DNA of 64,000 bases from positions 186,001 to 250,000 of the forward strand of contig CBFFRP010000288.1 of NCBI GenBank assembly GCA_965644295.1. The letters are read 5' to 3'. Position 1 is the first letter of the stretch. Each line of letters opens with the position of its first letter. Below are positions 1 to 14,461 of the stretch, in pieces. The notes below the pieces were generated by a model. That model made no database searches. It worked only from the letters and a program-made list of their open reading frames with translations, and was not told the origin of the DNA. The stretch comes from Paraphysomonas bandaiensis (Eukaryota > Protista > Chrysophyceae). Made by a program: the position numbers and the translations under genes.

Positions 1-1
1 A

Positions 2-205
2 TGGTGTAGGGATAACGAATATGGGCACGTTGAGACGAGTGCAAAGGACGACAGTGGTGTTCATGCAGCCATGATTGCAATCACCGCACTGGCATTAGAA
101 CAACGAAAGGAAGGAAAAATGCGCACAGACAGTCGAGTTAAAGATACAATCAAAATATCAGATATGTATTCAACACCAGATAAAGGGTGCATGGGGTGTA
201 TATAA
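2..205 (+). CDS. 3' end of a Rab-family small GTPase (partial, runs off window start)
   Basis: Frame 2 reads WCRDNEYGHVETSAKDDSGV...DKGCMGCI*. It has the G5 motif ETSAK and C-terminal Cys residues suitable for prenylation. Not in the ORF track. Confidence 0.8.
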   Translation, partial: WCRDNEYGHVETSAKDDSGVHAAMIAITALALEQRKEGKMRTDSRVKDTIKISDMYSTPDKGCMGCI

Positions 206-1050
206 AGCGAACTATAGATATTTGCGTTATCAGGTGATTGATGTAATCGCAGTAACAGATACTTGTGCTACTGACTACCCAGCATTGGCGCACTGCCGAT
301 GTACTGTTAAGTAAATTTTAAAACCAGGTTGATATGTTGATAATAATTATGAATGCTTAGTATGGCCTTCTCTTTGTACCATCTAAATACAGCCTGTGTT
401 GAGTATAGGCATGGTCGTAGAAATATGACTTTGGTGCCATTCTCCATAAACCGTAAAGTGGGGGATCGCTGTTGGAAGTCGAATGTGTCCAACGCAGTGA
501 TCATCAGCAATATATAGTAATATTGTATAGTTGGATAAAACATAGTATAGCAATATATAAGTAAGTGGTATTTGTAGTGGCATATTTTTATGTTGTATTT
601 AGTCACCTGGGAATATAGTAATTGTCAATTACTAATTTATATGAATTGAAATTTTGTCATCTTGAGGTAAGATTCATGATGGCTTACTAACACTGCTCAT
701 TTATATATTTCAATAATCAGAAACAATAATGCTGTGGTGCTAATGTAACGCACTATAAGGTGATATGGTGATAATATGTGGTTTAGACGTAGCCGAGAAT
801 GTTGCTACCTTTTTTCGGTGAAACCTTAGGAACTAAGGAATGGACTGTGTGTGAAAATTCTACCTAGTATGCAGATAAGACATGATGACTCACAAAATCG
901 CAGTTGGTTATTAAGAATTCTTCATAGATTGTCTAGCATTAACAACGGGAATTCAACACCATGTTAGTTGTCCACATTTTGATCGTAGTGACTTCGCGAA
1001 CATGAAAACTTGAATACACGCCGATCAACCAGCATATATCCTAATAGTAC

Positions 1051-1582
1051 TTAGTTCTGCTTTCTTCTCTCCTTTTCAAGCTACATTAAAATATTATAAG
1101 AATACATAAAGACCATTATATGTTACCTTCTTCTTGCTCAGCTTCTTAGGTGCCTTTGGAGGAGCCTTCTCGGCCAGCAATTTATTGACGTGCATAACGT
1201 ACGCGGCAACACCACCAAACAGAGCAATTACAAAAGCAGCAATCCAATATCCTGGGTGAATTCCATTCCTTGGGGGATTGGAATTTCCAGGCTGGGATTG
1301 AGCATCACCATCATCTTGCTGCTGAGATTGCTGTCGGTTGAATCCACCAGAAAGAGTTTGTACAGCTTGCTGAATTTCCACCTTGCAATCCTGCGATACT
1401 TCCGTCTGTGATTCTATTGCCGCCTCCATCTCGGATCTACATCCAGGGGATACAGTGTTTAAAATAGCCTCGATCATTTCGCGGTTAATTTCGACTTGTT
1501 GTTGCTGCTGCTGTGCATAGCCTGTCTCATACACTGCAGCAAGGAGATAAAAAATCAATGATAGCACAGCAGATGACTTCAT
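1051..1582 (-). CDS. Small single-pass membrane protein of unknown function (signal peptide, Q-rich, TM helix, basic tail); 2 exons
   Basis: ORF 1094-1582 plus GT-AG intron 1081-1126 gives a last exon LEKERRKQN*. Hydrophobic N-terminus and TM segment WIAAFVIALFGGVAAYVMHV. Confidence 0.75.
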
Positions 1583-2242
1583 AATGATATCAGTATGAGA
1601 CTAAAGGTTGTTGTCTGTAAGTCTGCTATGGTGTATTGCAAGGGCTCCTAAGTGAGGCCACGTTACCACAACCGCACTCTACAATACACCGCATAGGTAC
1701 AGGGTACTGTATATGTGAACTGTATGTATCCGGTGGGTAGCATGATATATATACTGTAGAACTCCCCCTTTTTATTGGATACACAACGAGAAAATCACCG
1801 CATTTTCGAATTACCCATTGAACCTTTTGCGTTTTTCTTGCTAAAAACGCATAATTACGTTTTTTTACCCAAAAAGTTTTAGAAACAGCCTAAAACTCGA
1901 GGAGAATGCTTCAGGATATTCTGTACTATTATAGATATTTACATAAAATACTAGAAAATCCTATATTTTTATGTGTTTTTTTTGGATAAAATAGAGATTT
2001 TCTGTAAATGGATTCAAAATACTGTGTAACAATTACTAACTGAGCCATATATATATGAAGAAATTAAGTTCAGTCATCTGTCATATTAAACCGTCTTGCT
2101 GCGGTGTTTCACCCCCTCATTATAATGAGAATTACACTCTATAGATCAATGAATATTCTGTGAATTATTCAAGTTGATAACTATAAATATACAGGGATGT
2201 TATCTCTTATGTGATACACAGCACTTCATATCCGATAGAATC

Positions 2243-5200
2243 ATGAAAAAAGGGACAAATAGCCCTGATTTAGACGGATTTCCCATAATACGGATTGATC
2301 AAATCCCATGTTTAGATACGGAATTGTTAGATCGTGCTCTTGTGGAGGTAGTCGACCTCATTGATAAGATGAGAGCTGAGGATGATAAATCTCAGAAGTC
2401 TTTATTGTATTACTTAAATCGTCAGCTTGCTGAGATGCAGAAAGAGGTTACTAAGCGTTTAGCGGAAGAAAGAGTGTTGGCTATGCTTAATGGAACTGAG
2501 GAGGAGTTGAAAGTGAAAGATAGACCGTTTTTGGAGGCTTTGGCGAGACAACCTGAGAGAAATATCAGTACATCTATGAGCGACCAGTCTCATGAGCGGA
2601 CCCAGCCAACTCGTTCACATTCAGAGCCTACACCCAAACCAAGGCCTGTGTTTCAAGCTGTTCCATTGCCTTCAGAAATTCGTAAAAAACAAACCGAGGA
2701 TCGTGCATCTAATGGGTCATCTGTGAAACCAATTGTTCAGTCCGTTGAGGCCATTGACGCGACCTCGGTACTTTCGTCACGATCCAACGATAGCTACACC
2801 CGTACGAGTGGTACTTCAAGTGTACAAGACTATCCTTCATCTCCAAATCCGTCGTTGGGCAGTAGTCACCCAGGACGTCCCCCGAGACGCCCCAAGAGTG
2901 GACAGCCCACTCGTCGAAGTATGCAAGCCTTAGAACAAAACTTTGGCACGGCGTTTGTAGTGGGGGCAACTGAGAGGAAGAAAAGGTTTTATCCCAAAAA
3001 AGTTGTGAAAGAAACTGAAGCTGAGATTAAGGCACGAGCACGTGAATCAAGGTTAGTAATTGTGTCTGTACTTGTGGATGGAGAATAGTATAAATATTCT
3101 ATTTTATCTACAGGAGACAACTTGCGATGAAACGTCTGTTAGAGAGAAAAGAGAGGCAGCGGGCAAAGGAGGAGGTATATATTTATCTTGGAAGTAATGA
3201 CTAGAATTCTGATACGTTGAGCACGTTATCATTGTTGCTACATGATTGTTGCATGAAAAATGTCAAGATCACAGAATATATGTGTTGCATGTTGTATATG
3301 CGTACGTTGCTGTTTTTAATGAGCGGCGTTTACACATCAGGCTTCCAAAAAGCGGAAGTTAGTTGCGATGTCGAAACAGAAAAAGACTACTAAAGGCGAG
3401 ACATTGAACTCCTCTGGTTTGTCAGAATCATCTGATAGCGAGTCAGTATCTGGCGGCGATGATGATGATGATACGACTGCGGACGTACCGATGGACATGG
3501 TAGCCAGTGTGGTGATGGGGATGGAAGCTGTAGATGGAGCATCTCCTAAAGAAAATATTTCGAGTAGTCCTGTGCCTGTTAGTATGGATGATGGAAATGT
3601 GGATACCTCCAGTGCTGAAAATGAATTATCCACGCATGTGGTACCCGAAAATGAAGTGAACGATAGGGACAATGCTTTACCTGGACTCAATATAACCACG
3701 ATACCGCCAGTAGGAAATGAAGTGACGGACGTGTCACTTGATGAATCATGCTCCGATAAAGTCAGTCTCCCAGTGTCATCTGCAATAGATCTTTCCCCAA
3801 CTCAATCAAATAGTGCACCAGCTGCGTCATTGTCTCCGGCTGAGAAGGAGCAAAGAACTTTAGTAACAAAGAATATGGCTGCACTCTCTAAGCTGCGTAA
3901 AATGAAGGAAGACAAGGTTTGTTACAGTATAATGTAGATCTCAAATTTATTTTTCATCAGGCACGATTGAAGCGATTGCAGAGTGATGGTGATGCATCCA
4001 CACAAGAGGAGGCTGGGAACAGTAATCCTTCTGATACAAACATAGACGGCGATCAGATGGCGAATGAGACGTCCATGGATATCGAGAACGAGAAAGCGTC
4101 ATTTCTTTTATGCAGGACCCGCGAAGAATTGGACTCGCCATTACTCACCTCTCAGTCCTCGCCAACTTTGCCGAGCAAACCCTTTCCCACCGATTTAAGT
4201 GTTATGGATACTGTTTCCACTTCATTGGATGTAAACCCTGATGCAGTCGTTGAATCTGCAACGTGTACAAGGAGTCCTGTCAAGCAATCTGATTCTAGTG
4301 CTACGGAAACTATTTCCACTTCAGTGGATGCTATACCTGTTGCAGTCAGCATTTCTCATCCTTGTGAACAGAGCATAGATAGAATACCCGATGAATGTAG
4401 TACTAGTGACGCAGCTAAAACGGATAGTGTAGCATCTGAGCTGAAGGATTGTATGAGCCATTTTTCCCAATTCTTTTGTCAGAACAGCATAATATCAGAA
4501 TTTTCCGAGGTCGTAGATGGAGAATCAGGCGCAATCGTATATAAATGTTATCGAGGTCCAGACGATTTGCCAGGGCTTAAAGCATGGGCATTGGTAGGCA
4601 GTGTAATTTAACATGACTTACTATATAGATGTGTGGGAAAGCTATGAATAATACAAATATGCAGATAGTGCTTGTACAGAAAAATGTATGCCTAAACTAT
4701 TTTGTTCTCGCTTAGGTTTCCGTACGTGCAGCGGGTCCAGGGGACGTTAAGTGGACCGTTAATTTAAAGTACTATAGAGATTTGGTGATAGAACACAGCT
4801 CGTCAAGCGATACTACGGACGGCGGAATGAGATCGAGACTAACTGCTCAGAGGGCAAGGGCGCGACGAGTAAGTAGTTTTTGCTACTGTATGCCCGTGTG
4901 TACGTCATTCTGTCACTTGATTATGGTGCTATGTACCACTGTAATTGTACGATGGCGATTATATATTTTGTTTTGAGCACTATGCTCCTACTTTCATCGT
5001 CATACACATATTTACTCATCACACTGGATATCACTGTATTATGCATGGCAATCCTTGTATTGTGCTTGTGCTGATTACTTTTATTCAGACTGTTACATAT
5101 GGACTTGTTCTGTTAGCAAAGATGTGTGAATGCCTCATGGTCGGGCCGTCAATCGATTTAGCGCACATAACAGAATTTCTGGATGCTCTGTCTGAAAAAC

Positions 5201-7721
5201 AGTTCCGAGAGGACTGGGGTATTCGTTTAGCGAAGTTTGATGATCTCGTCGCGGACTCAGCTCACCAGGACGAATTATTTCGTGAAGTCACAGTTTGTGG
5301 AAACTTATATGCCGTGTGCAAGAAATTGGAGAATTTGTTGCGCACGTCTTTCGTGTCTGATGTTGTCAGCAACTCTAGGAATACTCCAAGAACTGACGCA
5401 GTCGTTGATGGACCTACAGATATAGCTGTAGATAATTCTCATGAAGCACTTTTGACCAAAGTAGAGACAATAGAGAACAGAGATTTAGAAGCTGGTGAGG
5501 TTGATATTGGAGTATCTGATTCTGCGAAGCCGAAAGCATCTCCTTCACCAGTGATTGCAGTGGATGTCGCAAGCAATATACATGACACTACTACCTTGCA
5601 GTCTGCTGGTGATTTAAATAGAGAAAGTTTGGATGACGACAGCGATGAAGACAGTGATGATGATTCCATTCTACCTAGTACTCATGACATTTTCACTGCA
5701 GATCAGAACAAGCAACCCGAAAGTTCTGTTGCTAAATGTGATTTAGGACAAGACGTGCATATACCCTCCGAAAGTCTCTCCATAGTCCCAGTTAATCCCA
5801 CACTTACACTAGTGTCCGGTCAAATGTCAGAGGCAATCAAAATTACTGATGTTTTCAAGAACATTTCTGAAATATTTCCGGCCGTACAAATGTTATTACG
5901 AGATATGAAATCAGGGTGAGTGAGAAAGAATGAATTTTGATTTGTGTGTGTCAGTTTTCTGTTCGTGTGATGTCAGCAGTTCCGCTGTTGCTTATTGTAC
6001 TCGTGTTGTAGGTGTAAACCTGGTGATCATGATCACGTGGCACGGACACTCATTGAATGTATGACTACTCAGCTAAAGCTCTATGACGAGTGGATAGAAG
6101 TCATGGATGACTATGCGACAGTATTTTGCCATGACAGGGAGAAAGGTATTCCAAGCCAAATGGACCGCGAGGATAACAACTCATTGGTAAGCGCATGTTT
6201 TATGTATATGTCCACTCAGTGTTGTGATCATTTCCATTGCGTACGATATTGTGGACTTTGTCAAACTTTCTACGGCAATATAAATGGACCGTGTGTGTAG
6301 TTAACATGCTAAAAAATAATTTATACGAAATGTACATACATATTTTTATTCGTGGTGCATCGGGTCAGGTATATTCCGGTGGCACTAAAGCACTCCACTA
6401 TCGTGTGAAATCCTCTCGCCCAGAGGTGGCCAATATAGTTACAGATGTTTTCAACAACATTTTACACGATTGGACGGAGCTGCCTCAAGGTCTTGGCCTG
6501 GGAACATCTTGGAATATTCTCTGGTCATGGGCAAAGCCACGTATAAACCTGAAACATCTACTTGTCTTTCAGAAGGTGAACCATTTTCATGACAGTAAAC
6601 AGTTGACGCGAAAAGATTTGTTGAAAAAGAACCTTCAGCGACTGACAGATGTTCTTGGCAGTAAGGTCGCCCACCATTTTGAAATCATGCCCAAGACTTT
6701 CTTACTTCCGAATGAATACACCTCATTTGTAAGGGAGTATACAGCTATTGAGGCGATGAAAAATGACCCTGATTGTGTCAGCAAGGATGTAAAGAATATT
6801 TGGATCATGAAACCGGTGGGACTCTCCCGCGGGCGTGGAATTAGCCTTGTACAGGACATCTCATCGCTTACATACTCTCAAGCCTCGGTATTGCAGAAAT
6901 ACGTCGATCGACCTCTGTGTTTGGGTGGATACAAATTTGACCTCCGATTGTATGTCCTTGTTACATCATTCCGGCCCTTGGAGGCTTTCATATACAATGA
7001 TGGTTTCGCTCGAATCAGTACTCAGATGTATAAAACCGATGCTGAGAGTCTAGCAAACAAGTTTATTCATCTAACGAACAGCTCAATTCAAAAGCACAAT
7101 GCTGCAGGACCTTCCATGGATAACCCTCTCACACAGGGAGATGCGAATGAGAGCAATGGCTCGAAAATAGGACTGCGGGGTGAGCGGGGTTTGTGGAGCC
7201 AGCTGCGTCGACAGGGTGTCAATATCGACAATGTGTGGGATGATATATGTCTATTGGTGGTCAAGTCACTTGTGGCAGTTGATGACAAAATGAAGTATCA
7301 ACCGTGCTGTTTTGAATTATTTGGTTATGATGTTCTTCTTGATGAGGACTTACGTCCGTGGTTGATCGAAGTCAACGCGTCGCCTTCCTTAGCTCGGGAG
7401 ACACAATTGGATGTTCGTGTTAAGAACGCACTGATACGAGATATAGTACAACTGATAGACCCGCCTCCTTACGACCGTGCTGCTCTAGCGAGTATACTTC
7501 GCAAGCGCCTCAAAGACATTCAGATGAAAAAATTCTCGATGGCCAGTGGAGATCCTCTTCTTGAGAAGCACCTAAAAATGATAATTGGCGATCATATTCC
7601 CAGACGGTATGGTGAGGAACCCAAAAACTGTGGTGGGTTTGAACGATTGTGCCCCGATACCAAAATGTTTAATTTAGCTGTGAAACTGAAGAGCAGGCTT
7701 GTTAAAGGTATTAAAGAATAG
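2243..7721 (+). CDS. Tubulin-tyrosine-ligase-like (TTLL) polyglutamylase with a long low-complexity N-terminal region; about 8 exons
   Basis: C-terminal TTL motifs VNHF, LTRKDLL, WIMKP, RGRGI, KFDLRLYV, HLTN, FELFGYD, PWLIEVNASPSL. In-frame GT-AG junctions at 5916-6011 and 6188-6368 join upstream ORFs to the TTL exon. The more 5' junctions are less certain. Confidence 0.85.
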
Positions 7722-8363
7722 CACGTGTGGTGTGTACTTTGTAGATATTGCGTAATGAAAATATTATTTACGTTGTTTCGATATGTTATAGCAGACCGCC
7801 TGTTGTTTGTTATATTTTGCCTCATTTTTGTGTTGTTATGCTAATGTAATAGGCTTATTAAATTCTTCTTGCTTAGTATAGTAATATTGCGACAGTATGA
7901 CAACGACATCTATTTATATTTGTCATAATGTTTGTAACTGTTTTACTTAATTCATCGGTCACAAGTTTGTAACACAGAGCGAATAGCGCAACTTGTTGAC
8001 GAAATATGTAAAGCTGGCAAGTCCTTGAGCAGTTAACTTAAGGGAGGCAGTAAAGGGATAGCATCGCCGTTATGCGGTTGTTGTAGAGCAGCAACCACGA
8101 AAAAACGTATTTTCTCTACACTTTACATCTTCAAAAGATATTACTCTTTCAATTTCTCCGTGTATTTTATTTCTTTAACGACTTCACGTACAACGTTCAC
8201 AGCTAGCAGTCGGAACAGATATTTTATGTACTACATCACTGAAATAACAGTCCCAGTATCTAAAAAGTCTATATCAATCCGCAGAATGTCTAGAGTTTTA
8301 TAAAAGATAGTATAAAGCGCATAAATGATGTGCATAGCAACACCTCGGTATATCGTCAATATG

Positions 8364-9956
8364 TCAATGCTTATCCAATTCCATTAATAGCTTCAGACTC
8401 TCCTCATACACTAAAAACGTTAACGCAGCGTTGGGTGCTACCTTCAAACAATTCGGAATGAGTCCTTTGAAAAAGCCTCTAAGACCTTCGTTTCTACAAT
8501 CATATTCGTTACTATCAAATCTATAACAATGTTCTATAACAATGTTCATTGTAAATAATAAGGAATAAAGAAACTCAAGATATGGTTAGAAACCACGAAA
8601 TTTCAACCAATGTTGTACTTACCTTAAAATGCTTCGAATGCAATCCACCGATCCCGTGTATTTTGGTACCTCTACCCTGGATCCAGTGGATAATACGGTG
8701 ATTTCACTTCGTTGCTGCAACCGACTTTTGACTACTTGATAGGGATATGTCACAGTTGCTGCAACGATCTTCGCTGTTCCCCCAATAACCATTGAGACAT
8801 AGGCAGGCTGTATATATATAAGTGTCATATTTGCAGGATGTAATACCGCAAAAGTTCTACAATACCTGCTTATGCTCTTTCGTATTTACTACAGCATCCC
8901 ATTTGTTCATATAAGACTGAAATATCTTTTTCATCCACTCGTATGCCGCAAACTATAGAAAATACTCGTCATTATGTAACATATCACATATACGATTTAC
9001 ACCATAATATTGTAATTTAATACTCCAATTTTTGCGATTTAACAGGCAATAATCATAGGAATACAGCCCAGAACTGAAAAACTAGCGATATACTCCAAAT
9101 AACACCTACCTGGACGGCACCATGGGAAGTCAAAAGCAGGGCCGGAACAGTACCCTTATAAAATCCCATCACACCCTCCTCCTTGAATATTGTTTTGATT
9201 GCGTCTAATAAAGAGTTGTAGAGGGCAAGATGCGTCACGATAACGAGTTGTCATAGCATCACGCACAAACATACCTACAGGACCGTTGTACTGTTTCACA
9301 TTCGCTATTTTCTGAGATCCTTGCAATTGCAAGCGTGTCTTCAGTAACCATATAGGGTTCGTAAAGAACACCATAATGACACCTGCCTCTATTCCTGACA
9401 GCAGGTGCTGGGAGGTTCCTAGTCTATTCTCATTGCAATCTGCATCGGCGTGCATTGCATTTAATTTACGTTTCTATATACAATAATTTCATAATATTGT
9501 TTGTTTGTATGAAAACTATAATCAGATGTAACCTTAGCATGTTCGTAGAAGTAAAAGTATCCACCCCAAGACATTGCCGAGGCGATAGTAGCCGGTGTAA
9601 GCCCCTATACACATATACCATCATATATACATAATCTCAGTATATATATATATGAATATACATTATACAGTCCTTTAATCCCTTCCAAACGATATATTGT
9701 ACGAAATGCTTGAGTTAGTGATTGATATGCTAGTCCAGTCTCATGTACTTGATATCTCACTTTAATGAGATCAATGGGATATAATAGAGCTATAGAGGGG
9801 TTAGAGATAGAGGCTTAGGGGGTGTTCTATAGAGTATACCTGCTGAGACTACACCAGCAGTTGTACCTGCAATAAAATGCTGTATAGAAGGGTTAGGAGG
9901 GGATGGAGAGGAGGGAGAGAGTGAACCTCATGGACTGTTGGTTGGCGACGTTTCAT
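8364..9956 (-). CDS. Mitochondrial carrier (SLC25 family), folate/FAD-carrier-like; many short introns
   Basis: Spliced start MKRRQPTVHE/HFIAGTTAGVVSA. Three carrier signatures: YPIDLIKVR, NPIWLLKTRLQ (W typical of the folate/FAD subfamily) and YPYQVVKSRLQ. C-terminal EGLRGFFKGLIPNCLKVAP. Confidence 0.85.
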
Positions 9957-10090
9957 TTGTGTGTTTTGCAATATAATGAATGTGTGGTTTGTTGAATTGC
10001 TATGTGCTGCACAAGTATGTCCCCCACACAACAGAGACTTGCAACGCTGTGGCTAACAGTCCTAAGAACCCCCCTCACTTCATAGAACAA

Positions 10091-10488
10091 ACATACATAC
10101 ATACATACATACATACATACATACATACATACATACATACATACATACATACATACATACATACATACATACATACATACATACATACATACATACATAC
10201 ATACGTACATACATACATACATACATACATACGTACATACATACATACATACATACATACATACATACATACATACATACATACATACATACATACATAC
10301 ATACATACATACATACATACATAATGTACATACATAATGTACATACATAATGTACATACATACATACATACATACATACATACATACATACATACATACA
10401 TACATACATACATACATACATACATACATACATACATACATACATACATACATACATACATACATACATACATACATACATACATACA

Positions 10489-10522
<34 letters not shown>

Positions 10523-10707
10523 CATACATACATACATACATACATACATACATACATACATACATACATACATACATACATACATACATACATACATACA
10601 TACATACATACGTACATACATACATACATACATACATACATACATACATACATACATACATACATACATACATACATACATACATACATACATACATACA
10701 TACATAC

Positions 10708-10738
<31 letters not shown>

Positions 10739-10808
10739 CATACATACATACATACATACATACATACATACATACATACATACATACATACATACATACA
10801 TACATACA

Positions 10809-10840
<32 letters not shown>

Positions 10841-11102
10841 CATACATACATACATACATACATACATACATACATACATACATACATACATACATACATA
10901 CATACATACATACATACATACATACATACATACATACATACATACATACATACATACATACATACATACATACATACATACATACATACATACATACATA
11001 CATACATACATACATACATACATACATACATACATACATACATACATACATACATACATACATACATACATACATACATACATACATACATACATACATA
11101 CA

Positions 11103-11130
<28 letters not shown>
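10091..11130. repeat. (ACAT)n microsatellite, about 1.04 kb
   Basis: Directly visible. A few variant units and a 13-nt subrepeat (ACATAATGTACAT x3) at about 10319-10359. Confidence 0.99.
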
Positions 11131-11136
<6 letters not shown>

Positions 11137-11545
11137 AATACATACGCTGTATCTTGAATACAACATCGTATTTCAGTGACCAATGAACTCCACTCATTCC
11201 CCCAACCAAATCCCTGAATTCAATGGCGATAAATTCCAATAAAAAAATACAGATTTTCCTTCTATTTTCCACATTATTATTACTAGAAACCTCCTATATT
11301 TCTTCGCCAAAATATTGTGTGTCCATAATGTCATATGACCTTCTATATAAGATTCGTTGAAATATTCGTTTTTTCTTCACTTCTATGACATTTCTAGGTG
11401 GAAATCATAAAGTATTGTATTCCTTACATCTTCATCTACACTCTCATCCTCATATGGCTCACTCATTATTAAGAAGAATGAATATTTGAAATTATAACAA
11501 TCAATCATATTATTAGAATTTTGTGATTGTTTTCTATTATTGAAG

Positions 11546-12544
11546 ATGATGCAAGTATGTCCCCCCCCTAATCGTAAAAAACTAGTGATCAAATCTTTTG
11601 AAATCAATCAAGTTATTAAAGGGATGGAAGGGCAATTCCCCAGTGGAATATGGTAATACATTAATGATTATAATGTAGATATAATAATGTATGTGGTAGG
11701 TACAAAGATATTGGTGGGAAATCCAGCTATATTGAAATCACTGTTCAGTTAATTGATGAGAATGGGAAGCAAGTCATACCTCCATCTGGAAAAACGGTAA
11801 CTTATGAGATATTTCATTTATTACATTAACTTGATTTGATAGATTAAATTGGGATTAACATGTAAGTATGAAAGTGAGAGGATAGTTTCAGATCCAGGCC
11901 GGCTTATAGCGATAGAGAAGAAATCAAGTTGGTTACAAATTAATGAAATTGGCGCCGCTCGAATATGCTTACGGTTTACTGATATATCCAAGAACAATTT
12001 TAATGAGGTATGAAACCGCTTCACCTATGCTTTGTATTTATTTGATGATGACCGCTGAATATAGAGGTTTGTTGTTCATATATACGCTCCTGAGGACGAC
12101 AACATCATGCCTGTGGATTGTCCCCCTGTAGAAGTTCTTTCGAAACCAAGTAGGAAGCGAGTTAGGGAAGGAAATTTCGAAACGACAAGGAAGCCTTCGG
12201 ATATTTTGATACCAATGACTGTATATAATCAATCGCCCACATTGAATTATAGTTTACCTCCTGCAGATATTGTGAAAGTGAAATCAGATTCTGATTTGAC
12301 TACTGGGCTACCCCTCTTGCAGCAGCATATCAGTGATATATCTGTTACTGATTTGGAGGTGATCAACGCAATTAAGTCAAAGTTGGAATCGTTGAAGTGG
12401 AAGGTGATGTGTTACGAAAAATGCAACGACGCAAAATTGCGTCCAATATATGGTATGGCAGCTACTGATCCCAACATTGTAATCGACGACATCAGAACAA
12501 TGGCAAAATTGTTTGTGGCAAATCACAGTCATCCTGAAATATGA
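11546..12544 (+). CDS. Unknown protein with a possible CudA/p53-like beta-sandwich DNA-binding domain; 4 exons (start uncertain)
   Basis: Three GT-AG introns give a continuous frame ...GIWYKDIGGKSSYIEITVQLIDENG...ARICLRFTDISKNNFNE/RFVVHI...DCPPVEVLSKPSRKR..., then ORF 12107-12544. The domain call is pattern recall only. Confidence 0.55.
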
Positions 12545-13019
12545 ATAGTATGGTAGCAAACGAGTTAGTAGATTGTTGCTTATGCTGTGTTGTACTCTAA
12601 TTAATTCATCGTGCTTAACAGCGGACAATGTTGAAATAGTCGTATTCCGGCGTGTTGGTGCTAGAATTGGGGACAAATGAGTAGAAGAGCATTCTGTCCT
12701 CCATACGCAAAGTGGTATAAATGCCAAATTGAGACAATGTAAAATGTTCGAGGAATAGAAATCGCTAAACCTGGGTAGTGTCTTGTTTTTAGTTATTAGC
12801 AATAGGCATTTGAGAGCCAGAACTAATTTAGCATCACAAATTAACTAACTATCCTACTATCTACTACTTAACGCTACGACAGCTGCTTGTACTTCACCGC
12901 AAGCACTAAGGTGCAACTATCACTCAAAGTAAACTTGAACGCAGTAAGCAAGAAGAATGTTGATATACCTGACACCTGACATCTGCCGACTTCAGCAGCA
13001 GTCCCAATATCCAATCCCT

Positions 13020-14270
13020 GTTACACTTGAGGTGGGCCCAGTCCCGGATGCATATTTATTCGTCAAGGCCTAAAGACGTCTACCTGGATACTGGAAGGAA
13101 AATGGTGCCTTACTTCCGCACAAACTGGCCCTAGCTGGCGGCGGCAGATTCAAGGTCAAGGACAGTTCACAACTAAGACAACACAACATACTCAATCAGC
13201 CCCGACATGGGGCAAATCCTACAGCAATGGTGGGAATAGAGCCAAAACAAAGCTTGGACTTGACCTGAACAAAGCCAGATGCTCTGACTGTGGTTTTCTA
13301 CTTGACTATATATCAAATGTATGTGTCTTGATTGCCTCCATCTCTCAGATACGAGAATCCGCCGTTCAGAGACACAAGGAGTGTCTGCGGGAACTCCTAA
13401 TTGACCCAACCCTTTCGTCATTCTCAAAAAACTCTCTCGTAGAGCGTGGAGTACCTCACTTCCGCAGGTTGAACGATTCTGGACAGAACTTCACTGAAGC
13501 TCAAATGGAAAGCGTTTTCGGAATACAGTACAATTGCTCCCTCAATGCGCGTGGACTACCTGCCATTGAAACAGCAGTTGTTACCCTACTTCAACCGCTC
13601 TATACTGTGCTTCAAGATCGTAGTGGGCGTTATGCTATCAACCAGAAGGGCCACAACGACTCCCCCCCTAGACCGCGTCAGCGACGTTTTCCCCCAGCTC
13701 GAGCCCAAAATGCCGCAATACACGATTTCTATCGAGCAACACCCTGAGTAAGCCACGGGTTCTACGCTTACTAAGAGTAAACCGGAGACCTAACGTGTTG
13801 CCTTCCTCTTCCACCACCCCCGCCTCAGCAGCGATGCCACGATTCCGACTCCGTCAGCTACTCCTCTGCCCCAGCTCAACTGGCGGCTAAAGCCATTCAA
13901 AGACACCCCAATATACCCCCTCGCACATATATCTCAGGTTAGGAACACTTGATTCACTGGTACAGAATCCTCCTTCACAAAGTCCTGAGGAGCCCTACCA
14001 AGGGGCGTCCTCCTGACTGACCCTTCTGTACTTCAAGGACTAACGTCCGCAACGAGCTTCTTCCTCACACACAAGAACGGAAGTGGTTGCACAAGCATCT
14101 GTTGCGTTAAATAGTAGGATATGATAATTCGTGGTAGTTAGTTACTGGTAGAGGTGGGTCTAGCTTGACTAGTCTTCACCTAACTACTTATCTGGTGTCG
14201 GTTCTTAATAATAAGACTTTCACACATGAGGTAAGCCCAGCTTATTCGTCAAGGCCCAAAGACGTCTACA
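13020..14270 (+). other. Possible decayed mobile element bounded by imperfect direct repeats; contains a 139-codon ORF remnant
   Basis: TTATTCGTCAAGGCC(T/C)AAAGACGTCTAC at 13056-13083 and 14242-14269. The interior is C-rich and GC-richer than the flanks. Confidence 0.35.
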
Positions 14271-14352
14271 CAAGTGACACTTATATTGGAGTTTCCTATA
14301 CCACTATTGGGGTCTAGCTATTAGTTTCTGCTATGAGTTGGTAGTGGGCAGA

Positions 14353-14461
14353 ACGTTATTGCAATACCAGCGTGTATCGGCTTCACTAACGCATTAGAGA
14401 TATTGGAGTAGTCCTTGGACTTGATGAAGCCGAAAGAAATATGCTGGTATTGCAATAACGT
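14353..14461. mobile_element. 109-bp MITE-like hairpin with about 35-bp imperfect TIRs
   Basis: ACGTTATTGCAATACCAGC ... GCTGGTATTGCAATAACGT (19 bp perfect), with further pairing TCGGCTTCA/TGAAGCCGA. GA flanks both sides. Confidence 0.55.

Noticed and set aside
9953-11272. Long MYVC/YIHT ORFs
   Set aside because: Stop-free translations of the (ACAT)n microsatellite.
11170-11470. Possible small minus-strand gene (MSEPYEDESVDED...)
   Set aside because: No splice model gave a convincing continuous ORF.
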